From the IMG/VR virus record IMGVR_UViG_3300033141_003544, positions 1-64,000 of that record: a stretch of DNA of 64,000 nt; one strand, 5' to 3'. Both the position numbers and the translations under genes were made by a program. Of the stretch, positions 28,951 to 38,950 are shown piece after piece; position 1 is the first letter of the stretch; each line of letters begins with the position of its first letter. This DNA is from a virus. The notes beneath the pieces are model-generated. The model made no database searches and was not told the origin of the DNA. It saw nothing but the letters and a program-made list of their open reading frames with translations.

Positions 28951-30105
28951 TTATGATAAACCCCTAAGAGGCAAATCATAATCATCTATACAAGTTTTAA
29001 CATTCTCAATTATATATTCAATTTGATCATCAATTAAGTCAGGATATAAAGGTAAACTAAAAATTCTCTTCCCTACTTCATTTGCAATTGGAAAATCGGT
29101 ATCTTCATACTCTTTGAAATAAGGGTGAGTATGTAGAGGTTTATAGTGTATACTAGTATTAATTCCTTTTTCTAATAAATATTTGAGGAATTTATCTCTA
29201 TCCAGTCCTTCATCCAATATTAAAGTATATAAGTGATAAGAACTATTCCCCATAAGTGAACTCGGTGGAATTATTAACCCTGGAATACCAATAAACCCTT
29301 CATTGTATTTATTAGCAATGGTTTTTCTTTTTTGTCTGAGTGTTTCTGCTTTTGATAATTGGACAAGTCCCATTGCCGCTTGAATATCCGTCATTACTAG
29401 TTTAAAACCTGTTTTAACTATTTCACCATACTTATAAGAAGACCGATTTAGACCATTGGTAGATAAAAGACGAACTTCTTCTGCAATAGACTGATTATTT
29501 GTAGTTATCATTCCTCCTTCACCTGTAGTTATGGGTTTTGAAGGGAAGAAGCTGAAACAAGCAATATCATCTGTTTCTCCTATCCTTTTTCCTGAATAAG
29601 TAGTACCTAAAGCATGTGCAGCATCTTCTATAATTATTTTAGGATAATCTGTTTTTGCTATTTTGTTGATATAGTTTAAATTACAAGGTACTCCCCTAAA
29701 GTGGACCGGAATAATAGCACGAGTAGAAGAATTTATTTTTTTCTCAATCAATTTGTGATCTATATTCAAAGTATAAGGATCTATATCAACAAAAATTGTT
29801 TCAGCTCCTGTAGCTTCGATAGCATTAACTGTAGCAGCGTATGTCATGGGAGTTGTTATAACTTCATCTCCTTCTCCTATTCCATAGGCTTTTAAACTCA
29901 AAAATAAAGCAGATCCACATGAATTTAAACTAACTGCATATTTTGAGCCCACATAAGCGGCAAATACTTCCTCAAACTCTCTGCGGCGAGAATCTTTGAT
30001 TGAAGGATCCGCTCCTGATGTTAAATAGCCAGATCTTAATACTTTGATTATTGCTTCCTCTTCCTCTTTACCTATAGAAGGTTTATGGAATGGTATAGGT
30101 ATCAT
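28951..30105 (-). CDS. DegT/DnrJ/EryC1/StrS family sugar aminotransferase
   Basis: IIEDAAHA, FSFFPSKPITTGEGG (PLP lysine), SLPLYP. Confidence 0.92.
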   Translation of the reverse strand: MIPIPFHKPSIGKEEEEAIIKVLRSGYLTSGADPSIKDSRRREFEEVFAAYVGSKYAVSLNSCGSALFLSLKAYGIGEGDEVITTPMTYAATVNAIEATGAETIFVDIDPYTLNIDHKLIEKKINSSTRAIIPVHFRGVPCNLNYINKIAKTDYPKIIIEDAAHALGTTYSGKRIGETDDIACFSFFPSKPITTGEGGMITTNNQSIAEEVRLLSTNGLNRSSYKYGEIVKTGFKLVMTDIQAAMGLVQLSKAETLRQKRKTIANKYNEGFIGIPGLIIPPSSLMGNSSYHLYTLILDEGLDRDKFLKYLLEKGINTSIHYKPLHTHPYFKEYEDTDFPIANEVGKRIFSLPLYPDLIDDQIEYIIENVKTCIDDYDLPLRGLS

Positions 30106-30446
30106 TTCCTCCCCATTTTAGATCTTTCTTCTTGTTTTTGGACGGCCATTGTTTGCATCATTTTTTCAGACTCTCTAATTAGTTGTTTTCGAACTTCCTC
30201 AATCATTATCTTGCTTTCTAAATGTCTAACTAGTTCCCTCATAATTGCAACAGCCTGACTTTCACCTATCTGGTTTAATTTCATGTCAACTTGGTTTTTG
30301 GTATTAGTAAAAATCATTATTACTAGTTTACCTTCCTCCGTAGGAGCTTTTAATTTGTCTAATAACTCTTGTTGTTGTTTTTCTTCAAGTATTTTTTTCT
30401 TTTTCTCTAATGGGGTTAACTGTGGTCTTTTTTTATTTTTTTTCAT
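30102..30446 (-). CDS. hypothetical protein
   Basis: 114 aa, stop overlaps next start. Confidence 0.6.
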   Translation of the reverse strand: MKKNKKRPQLTPLEKKKKILEEKQQQELLDKLKAPTEEGKLVIMIFTNTKNQVDMKLNQIGESQAVAIMRELVRHLESKIMIEEVRKQLIRESEKMMQTMAVQKQEERSKMGRK

Positions 30447-30775
30447 TATACTTTACCTATTTTAATGTCCTCAAAAACCTGTGGGATTGTTTTTTTCATT
30501 GTTCTTAATAATATTGCTCGATAGACAGTGATAGTTCTTGGTTCTAGTATACACCAAATATTGTCTCTTATTCCTTGATAAACATATAGACGGTTATTTG
30601 TTTCGATAACGGAGAGATGAAGAAATTCAGCTTCTTTAGATTCTATGAATTTTTTTATAAAGTAAACTCTATCTTCAAAAGATAATTTATCTGGTGATTC
30701 TTTTTTTCTTTCAATAGTACCTAATTTTTTCATTTTTTCCCCTTTTATTGACTTTGATTTTAAATGGTATTTCAT
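30446..30775 (-). CDS. hypothetical protein
   Basis: 109 aa; ATGA overlap with sbcC remnant. Confidence 0.55.
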   Translation of the reverse strand: MKYHLKSKSIKGEKMKKLGTIERKKESPDKLSFEDRVYFIKKFIESKEAEFLHLSVIETNNRLYVYQGIRDNIWCILEPRTITVYRAILLRTMKKTIPQVFEDIKIGKV

Positions 30776-30957
30776 ACAAAACTTATACCGTTTTCTCTTT
30801 TTACTATTATAGTTTCTTTAAACCTATCTTTTAACTCATTTGAATGAGAGATAACAAACTTTAACCCACTTACTTCTTTTAAGATTCTAAAAAACAATTC
30901 TGTTCCTGTTGCATCTAATGTGTCTACAACCTCATAACTTGTTTTAGTTACTCTCAT
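30772..30957 (-). pseudogene. displaced 3' end of sbcC (53 codons from Walker B Glu to stop)
   Basis: EVVDTLDATG...KRENGISFV is 36/53 identical, ungapped, to the SbcC C-terminus. Confidence 0.9.
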
Positions 30958-31675
30958 ATTTTTTAATCAACCCTTTAGCAAAAAGTAATAGGTCTTTTTC
31001 TGGATAATTACTTTTTAAACTATTTTCCCATTTACAAAGTAGTTGAATATTATTTTTATTATAACCTAATGAACTATCTACTCTATCTAAAGACATTTTA
31101 TTTTTAGTATTATTAATTAATGACATCTTTAATCCTGATATAGTACTGGAACCTTTTTGATTCTTATATAAATCAAATAAATCTTCTTTAGTTATTGAAA
31201 ATTCCATATTTCTTTTCTTAGCTCTAGATTTAGCACTTGACCATAATTGTCTTAATTGTCTTAAAAGATCTCCATTTCTGGCTTCCCGATAAATTTTCTG
31301 TTTTAATAAAATTTTTGAGCGTTCAACATCATTAAAATTGCTGCGTCTTTCTTTTGCCCTTTTATGACGTTTTTCTATATAGATAGGATCTTTACCTCTT
31401 TCTTTCCTATAACTATTACTTTTATCTAATCGCTCTCTATGTTTTACAGGTTCTTCTAATTTTTGTTTTTTATGTCTTTCTCTTCTTAATTTCTTTTGCC
31501 TGTTTTGATGTTCATTCCATTTTTCTGTATCCAGTTTTCTTTCTTTGTATATTTTATGTCTACATTCTTTACACCGAGTTTGTAATCCATTTTTAGACCT
31601 CTTACTAATACCAAACTTTGATCTTTCTTTTAATTCTCCGCATTTACTGCATTTAACTTTTTCATTACTAGACAA
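30944..31675 (-). mobile_element. free-standing HNH-like homing endonuclease
   Basis: CSKC...CKEC N-terminus; AKSRAKKRNMEFSIT, SLDRVDSSLGYNKNNIQLLC..N..K. Confidence 0.85.
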
Positions 31676-33848
31676 AACTTACACCATTTTCCCTTTTAAC
31701 TATTATTTTATTTTTAAATTTCGAAGCCAATTCGTTATTATGACTTACTATTAACTTTAATCCACTTATTTCCTTTAAAATCTTAAAGAATAATTCAACC
31801 CCAATCGCGTCCAAATTATCAGCTATTTCGTCAAGCATCAAGAACCTAAACATACTATAACCTCGGTTTAATGTTAATTGTCTCAAAGCAAATCCTATAC
31901 AAACTGCTATTCTTTTTTGACCTCCAGCAGAAAATGTTTCAAGGGGAGCTTTTACTCCCATTTCATCAATAACAGAGAGATTAAATTTTGGCTTGTATTC
32001 ATCTTCACTAGTTTTTGGACGTTTCTTTCTTGTTAAAGTATCTAATTGAATTTTAATGCCCACTTCAAATAAATCTAAATATAAATTAACTTGTTTTTCA
32101 AATGCAGGTAGAAAATCCTCTATCATCCATCTTCTAATAGTTTTGAAATGTTTTTCCCAGAAATAAAAAACATCAAACTCTTTTTGAATACCCTCTAATT
32201 CCTTTCTCATCTCTTCTAATCTACTTAACTCTTTTCTTCTTTGACTTATTAGAACTTTTAAACGGGATAAATGAAGTTTTAATTGGTCAACTTTTAATTT
32301 CTTTTCTTTAATCTTTTCTTGTAAATCTTCAAAACCTTCAACAGATAGACGTTCTAACCCTTTCAGTCTTAAAGTTAATTGGAATTTTTTTTCTTTGTAT
32401 TCTTTTTTAGTTTTTATTGTTGAAATTTCTTTTTCTTTTATTTTGTCTTGAGCTTCTTTAATCTTGTCCGACAAACTTTCTTTATCTGACATACTTTCTT
32501 GAACTGTTTCTAATCTTTCCTGTATAGTTCTTATATTAGTTTCATCATTTGAAAGAGTTCTAATATTATTTTCTATTGTAAATATTTGATTATCTATATT
32601 TCTAAGTTTCTTATTTTCATTTTTGATTTTTAGTTCAAGTTCGTGTTTTTTACTAATTAATTCTTCTTTATTTAATGTGTCCAAAATTCCTTTATTTCTA
32701 TTCCACATTAATTGTATTTTACAGTTAGGGCATTTCCAATTTTTATCACCTTTTAACATTCCTTCTATATCAGATAAGTCCCTTTCTAAATAGTTTATTT
32801 GTTCTTTTATATCAAATTTCCTATTTCCAAGAGTTTGCATATCTTTTTCAAGAGTTTTGGTTTGCTCTAATATTTCAGATAAACTAGGTAAACTATACAG
32901 TGTCTCTTTGCATTTTTTGATTGTTTTTTCTGATGCTTTAATATTTTCTATTCTTTTTGTAAATACTTCTATATGTGATTGAGTAAACTCAATAAATTCT
33001 TTTAAATTAAAGTCAGCTTTTTCATCTAAAATATCTATTTCTTTTATACTTTCAATCAGTTGTAGTTTTTCGTTTATCTTTTCATATTTACTTTCTAATT
33101 CATGGATCTCCGTTCTTAATTCGTTTAAATTTGCAATTTTTATTTCGTATTCTTCTTGAAAAGAAATCTCTCTTTCTGAATCTTCCGATTTTAATTTTTG
33201 TTCTAAATATTCTATCTGTCCCCTAGTATTATCTAAATTACTTTTTATATTATTTTTATATCCGTTAGCTCTATTACTACATTTATCAAGAATATCCAAA
33301 TTTAAAAACCTGGATATAAGTGCCATTCTATCCTCAGAAGTGGCAGCTTTTCCTGCAAAGGCTTCGATTGCATCTATTGAAAAATAGACTGTATTTAGAA
33401 AATCATTAAAAAACTCTTTATTGTCTTCTTGAATACCAAGGAAATTCATTAGACTTCTTTGGGTTTGAGTATCAGTTAATTTAGTATGTTCATTGTCATT
33501 TACCCAAAACCTTAATTTAGTCTCTTTACCTCTTTTTCTTATTATTTTTAAACTATTTTCTTCGTCTTTTAATACAAGTTCAACGGAACATTGTTTTGTA
33601 CCTCTTCTTATTAAATCATCTAAGGCCACTCTACTATCTGGAACTCTATTAAATATGGCCCAACTTATAGCATCAAATATGGAAGTTTTACCACTCATAT
33701 TTGAGTCAGCACCACTAGAATCAAAATTTAAACCTAATACAAGAATACTCTCTTCATCTTTGTATTGGTCAAAATTGATTTCTACACTCTCTCCAAACCC
33801 TTTAAAATTTGAACATCTTATTTTACTTGGTCTCATTTGGGTTCTCAA
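31668..33848 (-). CDS. sbcC: SbcC/Rad50-like SMC ATPase
   Basis: NFKGF, Walker A NMSGKTS, coiled coils, CPNC hook, FSAGGQ signature, MLDE Walker B, VSH. Confidence 0.92.
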   Translation of the reverse strand: MRTQMRPSKIRCSNFKGFGESVEINFDQYKDEESILVLGLNFDSSGADSNMSGKTSIFDAISWAIFNRVPDSRVALDDLIRRGTKQCSVELVLKDEENSLKIIRKRGKETKLRFWVNDNEHTKLTDTQTQRSLMNFLGIQEDNKEFFNDFLNTVYFSIDAIEAFAGKAATSEDRMALISRFLNLDILDKCSNRANGYKNNIKSNLDNTRGQIEYLEQKLKSEDSEREISFQEEYEIKIANLNELRTEIHELESKYEKINEKLQLIESIKEIDILDEKADFNLKEFIEFTQSHIEVFTKRIENIKASEKTIKKCKETLYSLPSLSEILEQTKTLEKDMQTLGNRKFDIKEQINYLERDLSDIEGMLKGDKNWKCPNCKIQLMWNRNKGILDTLNKEELISKKHELELKIKNENKKLRNIDNQIFTIENNIRTLSNDETNIRTIQERLETVQESMSDKESLSDKIKEAQDKIKEKEISTIKTKKEYKEKKFQLTLRLKGLERLSVEGFEDLQEKIKEKKLKVDQLKLHLSRLKVLISQRRKELSRLEEMRKELEGIQKEFDVFYFWEKHFKTIRRWMIEDFLPAFEKQVNLYLDLFEVGIKIQLDTLTRKKRPKTSEDEYKPKFNLSVIDEMGVKAPLETFSAGGQKRIAVCIGFALRQLTLNRGYSMFRFLMLDEIADNLDAIGVELFFKILKEISGLKLIVSHNNELASKFKNKIIVKRENGVSFV

Positions 33849-33851
33849 TAA

Positions 33852-34964
33852 CTATAGTTCTTGTATTTCTTTCAATATTTTTAAACCTGTTGATAGATAC
33901 TCAGGGTCATCTTCTTTTTTTTCTTTTTTTATAACATGTTTTATAGCATCTTCAAACTTACTATCCAATTTAACTTCTGGAACTCTTAATGTTACTTTGT
34001 CAGAATTAATAAAATCAAAAAATATTTTTAATGCATTATTCTCTACCATACTGTCTGTAATCCTCTTTTTGTCATAACTATGATACCACGCGTTACTCCC
34101 AATAAAAATAACTTTAATTATTGCACCTTTCAAATCCCCTTCTTTTTCTATTCTGTCAAAAATATCTATGCCACCTTCTCTTATTTCCCATTGTAAAAAA
34201 GGTCTATCATTTACTGGTATAAATTCATCAATTATTTCTCCATTATCTTTTAAACATGAATACATAAAACCTTTTGTTTCCATCCGCTCACCCATGTCTT
34301 TTTTAGCAATGGAACCTGTATAGTAAATATTAGAACCAACTTTTTGATGTTTGTGGTAATGCCCTAAATAAACCCTCTTTTGATTTTTAAAAACTAAAGG
34401 ATCTATTACATCATCTTCTACAAATTCGTGAGCTCCTAATTTAGCTCCACTGACTGCTAAATGTCCAAATACAATATAACCCTTATAATCTTTTATTGTT
34501 TTTTCTATTGAGTTTGGGGAGGGGTCCCATGGGAGCATTAGAATTTTGAAGTTTTCTCTTTTATATTCCCAAGGTTTATCAACGATTATAATGTTATCTC
34601 CTTTCATAATCTCTAGTAATTCTGATTCACCTGATAGATTGTAAGCTTTACCGTCTGTATCATGATTGCCTATAATAATAAATACCTTTATTTTTGCCTC
34701 AACTAACGGTTTGATAGTTTTTACAAATAAGGATTTTAGTTTTTCTGGAGCATTTACTTTATCAAAAATATCTCCCGCTATTACAAAAAAATCTACTTTC
34801 TTTTTGATTGCATAATCCATGGCTTCCCATAGATTATCTAATCTATCGATTAATCTTACATCCCATAAATCCTCAAGACCAAAAATGACAGTTGGAATCA
34901 TTTTTGAATGTGTATAATTACGTTTAAGTTCTAAATCACTACAAACCGCCCAACTTGCTATCAT
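33852..34964 (-). CDS. sbcD: SbcD/Mre11-like nuclease
   Basis: AGDIFD, IGNHD, GH, LGHYH, YTGSI; motif I is SDLE rather than SDxH; adjacent to sbcC. Confidence 0.88.
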   Translation of the reverse strand: MIASWAVCSDLELKRNYTHSKMIPTVIFGLEDLWDVRLIDRLDNLWEAMDYAIKKKVDFFVIAGDIFDKVNAPEKLKSLFVKTIKPLVEAKIKVFIIIGNHDTDGKAYNLSGESELLEIMKGDNIIIVDKPWEYKRENFKILMLPWDPSPNSIEKTIKDYKGYIVFGHLAVSGAKLGAHEFVEDDVIDPLVFKNQKRVYLGHYHKHQKVGSNIYYTGSIAKKDMGERMETKGFMYSCLKDNGEIIDEFIPVNDRPFLQWEIREGGIDIFDRIEKEGDLKGAIIKVIFIGSNAWYHSYDKKRITDSMVENNALKIFFDFINSDKVTLRVPEVKLDSKFEDAIKHVIKKEKKEDDPEYLSTGLKILKEIQEL

Positions 34965-34970
34965 ATATAT

Positions 34971-35525
34971 TTACCTTTCCAATATTTTTTTTATTTTTTC
35001 ATCTATATTGCAAAACTCTTTTGTAAAGTCACTTAGTTTACAAATACAATAATCTTTCCATTGTATCATATTCAATTTCAGTGAATCTAACTCTATATTT
35101 AAAACCTTACTATATATAATATATTCCGGTAGATACTTTTTTGTAAAAATTATTACAGGGTATTTTATTATACCCGTTTTATTGTATAGTTCTTCAGCCT
35201 CATTTCTTATTTCTTCAAACCACTTTAGCAAAGGGCTTGTACTGTCTTTGTTTTTATTCCCTAATAGTTGATTAAAATCCCATATCTCAGTATTCTTACA
35301 AGAAACAACAAAAGGGAAGTCATTAGGACCTACAATATCCCCAACAGTAATAGCTTTTTTTGTTTTCCAATTAAGTCCTCCAGAACATGGAACAACATGA
35401 AACTCCCCCTTACCTCCAGTCCACCACTCATCTAAGATTTTAGCAACAACCCTTTCAAAATTTCTTCCCTTACGTTTGCTCTTTTTTCCCACTGCTACTT
35501 TAATAGGGTTTTTAATTTTTGTCAT
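34971..35525 (-). CDS. putative Holliday junction resolvase (PD-(D/E)xK)
   Basis: SKRKGRNFERVVA, SGG, GDI, VSCKN. Confidence 0.75.
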   Translation of the reverse strand: MTKIKNPIKVAVGKKSKRKGRNFERVVAKILDEWWTGGKGEFHVVPCSGGLNWKTKKAITVGDIVGPNDFPFVVSCKNTEIWDFNQLLGNKNKDSTSPLLKWFEEIRNEAEELYNKTGIIKYPVIIFTKKYLPEYIIYSKVLNIELDSLKLNMIQWKDYCICKLSDFTKEFCNIDEKIKKILER

Positions 35526-35748
35526 TTATTCTCGCCAAGTTTATAGAATTAATAATTGATGCCTTTATATTAACTAAACAAGAGTCAATTATTTTTTGTT
35601 CATTTAATTTTGGATTTAATGAGTGAATCAATTCAATATGTTGAACGAAAATGTTATGAATCAAAATATAATGATCTTCGTTTAGTTTGAAGGGCTTAAA
35701 CTCTTTAATTATTAGACTTAATATTTCTAATCTAGTCATTTTCACCAA
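35512..35748 (-). CDS. hypothetical protein
   Basis: 78 aa, overlaps both neighbours. Confidence 0.5.
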   Translation of the reverse strand: MVKMTRLEILSLIIKEFKPFKLNEDHYILIHNIFVQHIELIHSLNPKLNEQKIIDSCLVNIKASIINSINLARINDKN

Positions 35749-36700
35749 CTTTCAATCCGTGTGGTTCGCTATCTGTATACTCTGCAACTTCTAAACCTTC
35801 TACCCGTCCATCAGGGTACATTAACAATCTACAGCTCCTATAAGGGACACCTACTTTATTCTTTCCTGTTTTGATTGTAACTATTTTGTATTTTAATTCT
35901 CCATTACTTTTCTTTTTATTTTGAGCACTTATAGTTAACTTCAAGGCAAAGGCAAAATCTTTTCTATCTCCTCCACTAGTCCTTGTTGTTGTACCAAATG
36001 AAATTCCAGGTTTAATCCTTCTGTGATTAATCATAATCAAACATGTTTTCTTTTGTCCCATCTTATGCTTGTAATAATCAACAAAAGGTTTACCTTTTTT
36101 AAAAGTCTTTATAGGTTCATTACTTTTTATTTTTGATTTTTTTTCACTAAGTGGGTCTATTACAGAGTAACCCCCTTCCAAATCGTTCCAAAAATCTGCC
36201 CACATTTTTGAAGAAGACAATCTTGTGAACATTGTTGACTCATCCGCTATACTTTCTTCATGTTCTTTTGCAATGGTGGCTCCTATACTATCTACCACCA
36301 TTATATCAAATATATTTAGTGCTAAAGCCAATTTTGTTTTATATAAAACATCTTCCCCCGAACCTAATTCGGGCATAACAAGTTTTTCCAAATCGATCCC
36401 TGAACTTTGAGCATATTCACTTGTCATAGCCCGTTCTACATCAGCCCACCAAGCTAAACCACCCTGTTTTTGAATTAATCCAACTAACCATTGACAAAAA
36501 GTAGATTTTCCACTAGAGAACTCACCTGATATTTCCACAATTTTTCCCCGAGGGAAACCACCAATACCCAATACATGTTTATCCAGTACATCAATACCTG
36601 TGGGTATAACTTCTATTTTCTTTAATCTTTTTTTAGCGGTATTGGCGGTTTCTCCTAAAGCAGCCAAAATTTGACGTATATCATTCTTCTCATTTACCAT
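35732..36700 (-). CDS. recA: RecA/UvsX-like recombinase
   Basis: IPTG..VLD..LGIGGFPRGKIVEISGEFSSGKST, DVE, VVDS, KNKVGVPYR. Confidence 0.92.
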   Translation of the reverse strand: MVNEKNDIRQILAALGETANTAKKRLKKIEVIPTGIDVLDKHVLGIGGFPRGKIVEISGEFSSGKSTFCQWLVGLIQKQGGLAWWADVERAMTSEYAQSSGIDLEKLVMPELGSGEDVLYKTKLALALNIFDIMVVDSIGATIAKEHEESIADESTMFTRLSSSKMWADFWNDLEGGYSVIDPLSEKKSKIKSNEPIKTFKKGKPFVDYYKHKMGQKKTCLIMINHRRIKPGISFGTTTRTSGGDRKDFAFALKLTISAQNKKKSNGELKYKIVTIKTGKNKVGVPYRSCRLLMYPDGRVEGLEVAEYTDSEPHGLKVGEND

Positions 36701-37788
36701 AATTTTTTCTTCTCAGTCGGAGTAGTTTTTGTTTTTTCTTCCGTTGGAGTTGTTTCTTCCTTATCTGTCTCCTCTTCTGGTTCTTGAAATAATCCCTCTT
36801 CAACCTCTTCATCTAATTCCCATTTTGTATCTGAAGTTTTTTCTGTAGGAGGTGGAGATGTTTCAATTTGTACTGTTTCCGTAGGACTTTCTAAGTCAAC
36901 TTCAGTCGGGGATACACTTTTAGGAGCGGGAGGTAATGCGGCTTGGTTCCCTTCCCTCAAAGTTTTCAAACCTAACTCTATAATAGCTGCATTGAAACTC
37001 TCTCTAGAGGGGAAAATGTAATTATCCCCATCTTTTGCGTCTAAGAAGATTGGACTATCAATTAACATGTTAACAATTTGATCTGGTGTATGAGGTTTCA
37101 ATTCTTTTTCTAGTTCAATATTACAATTGTTCATAGCTTCCCATTCAGCCTCAGTAAAAATACTTTTAATATGATCGCCATATATTGCCATTAACTCTTC
37201 TGGACTCTGACCTAATGCCGCAACTGGAACTTTACCTACGAACGGAGCAACACTCTTTGGATCTGGTTCTGCTGAATAAGTAACCCCATAACGTCTTTGT
37301 TTAGAAGGGTCAATAGATTTTTTAATAATCCATTTAAACATAAAAATCAAACCATATCGCAATTTGGTAGGATCATCCGTATCTACTTCTTCTTCTTTTG
37401 TAATCAAATCATTGAAAACTTGATAAGGATATCTTGCAATCTCAACTAAAGGTTCTGCTCTATTTTGATCCATTATTAGATAAAAATACCTTGTAACAGG
37501 TCTAAGACTGCTTTGAGGTTGGTCCTCCCCTAAATCCATTCTGATCTTTTTTTCAATCGCAGCTATTTCATCTAATATACAACCTTCATCAGGTCTTATT
37601 ACCATTTTCTTTTTTAATTGTAATTCTCCGTCTACATTACGTAATGTAGGATACCAAATAAAAGAACGTCTAACAGGTCCATATAAAATCCTATGTACGT
37701 TTTCACCATCTTTTAGATCTACAAAATCGGTATGACCTTTTCTAGCCTCATCTTTATTCTTTTGCGGTTGACCTAAAATTATACCCAT
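36694..37788 (-). CDS. putative single-stranded DNA-binding protein (gp32-like)
   Basis: FVDLKDGENVHRIL N-terminal motif, long acidic low-complexity tail, next to recA. Confidence 0.6.
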   Translation of the reverse strand: MGIILGQPQKNKDEARKGHTDFVDLKDGENVHRILYGPVRRSFIWYPTLRNVDGELQLKKKMVIRPDEGCILDEIAAIEKKIRMDLGEDQPQSSLRPVTRYFYLIMDQNRAEPLVEIARYPYQVFNDLITKEEEVDTDDPTKLRYGLIFMFKWIIKKSIDPSKQRRYGVTYSAEPDPKSVAPFVGKVPVAALGQSPEELMAIYGDHIKSIFTEAEWEAMNNCNIELEKELKPHTPDQIVNMLIDSPIFLDAKDGDNYIFPSRESFNAAIIELGLKTLREGNQAALPPAPKSVSPTEVDLESPTETVQIETSPPPTEKTSDTKWELDEEVEEGLFQEPEEETDKEETTPTEEKTKTTPTEKKKLW

Positions 37789-37797
37789 GTTTTCCTC

Positions 37798-38088
37798 CTA
37801 AAATAGTTTTTGTGTTTCTTGTGATTTGTTTTCTTGACTTACAAGAGCAATCTCATTTACTCTTTTTAAAAACGAATTTAAAATATCAGTATTACCTCCT
37901 TTTATAGATCTAATTTTTTTAGCTCTTTCAAGATGTTGTTTAAAACACTCTCCCCACTCTGTTGCTAATGTTTTATAATGGTTTTTTACATCTTCATTAT
38001 CTGTATCAAATTCCATAGACACTTCTGGTTTAATACTTTCATAATCTCCAATATTAATGGTATGTGAAATACCGATTGTAATTTTCAT
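37798..38088 (-). CDS. conserved phage hypothetical protein
   Basis: TINIGDYESIK motif; AGGA SD. Confidence 0.6.
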   Translation of the reverse strand: MKITIGISHTINIGDYESIKPEVSMEFDTDNEDVKNHYKTLATEWGECFKQHLERAKKIRSIKGGNTDILNSFLKRVNEIALVSQENKSQETQKLF

Positions 38089-38101
38089 TTGTTTGTCTTC
38101 C

Positions 38102-38326
38102 TCAAAACCTATTATTGTTGGTTCTGCATAATGTTCTATAACAATGTGTGAACTTCTTCACAGCCTCATCAATACTCGTTTGTCGTTGTTTTAATAAGTT
38201 AATAAACCATTTGTGTTCTTGTTTTTGGATAAATAATACACGGTCATTGGACTCACATGGTAATGCTTTTGCTAATTTCTCACACTCTTTAGTCCGTTGC
38301 TCGACTAATTTAATTAAGTCTTTCAT
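38102..38326 (-). CDS. hypothetical protein
   Basis: 74 aa, ATGA overlap. Confidence 0.55.
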   Translation of the reverse strand: MKDLIKLVEQRTKECEKLAKALPCESNDRVLFIQKQEHKWFINLLKQRQTSIDEAVKKFTHCYRTLCRTNNNRF

Positions 38327-38910
38327 TTTGTATAGCTCCCCGCTCTCCTAATTTCAAGTCTATCATCAATTAATTTTTTTAAGTCTGACGCTCTTTGAAC
38401 TATAGTATCTTTCATATCTATCAAACGGTCTCTTTTTATTTTTAAATCTTCTATCTCTAATTTATATTCTTTATAGACTTTATTATGTTTTGGGTTTAAT
38501 AGTATCCAATCTTCAATTTCTTGTTTAGTTATAGATCCCAACCAACTACCTATAATTCCACTTTCTTTCTTTTGCTTCCTCCATTCTAATAATGCATCTC
38601 TAGACTCATTAGTTATGTGAGCATACCACTCTTGAAAATCTAATGTTTTTTGTGAAATAGTTGACATTAATTCAGCAATAGCAGAAGCAAAAGTAGTTCT
38701 CCAAAATGAACACTGTTCAAGGTGAATGGACATATCAGCATCACTCCAATCAGAGTAATCTTTTTTAAATGAAACTATTTCATCAACTATTAAATCATAA
38801 ATCTTATCTTGAATAGTAAAAGATAAATTAAATAAACCAGAAGAAGATATATGTTCTTTAGTTAGCGGAACCCGTAAACTTTCTTTTTTTCTTATACTTC
38901 CTATTTTCAT
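38323..38910 (-). CDS. helical protein, possible UvsY-like recombination mediator
   Basis: All-helical coiled pattern in recombination cluster; function inferred from context. Confidence 0.4.
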   Translation of the reverse strand: MKIGSIRKKESLRVPLTKEHISSSGLFNLSFTIQDKIYDLIVDEIVSFKKDYSDWSDADMSIHLEQCSFWRTTFASAIAELMSTISQKTLDFQEWYAHITNESRDALLEWRKQKKESGIIGSWLGSITKQEIEDWILLNPKHNKVYKEYKLEIEDLKIKRDRLIDMKDTIVQRASDLKKLIDDRLEIRRAGSYTK

Positions 38911-38950
38911 TCTACCTTTCCCTATTAGGCTTACAGTTGATTTTTATAAC

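Noticed and set aside
30934-31829. Intron in sbcC
   Set aside because: Upstream gene is already complete and there is no room for a ribozyme core; ORFs overlap.
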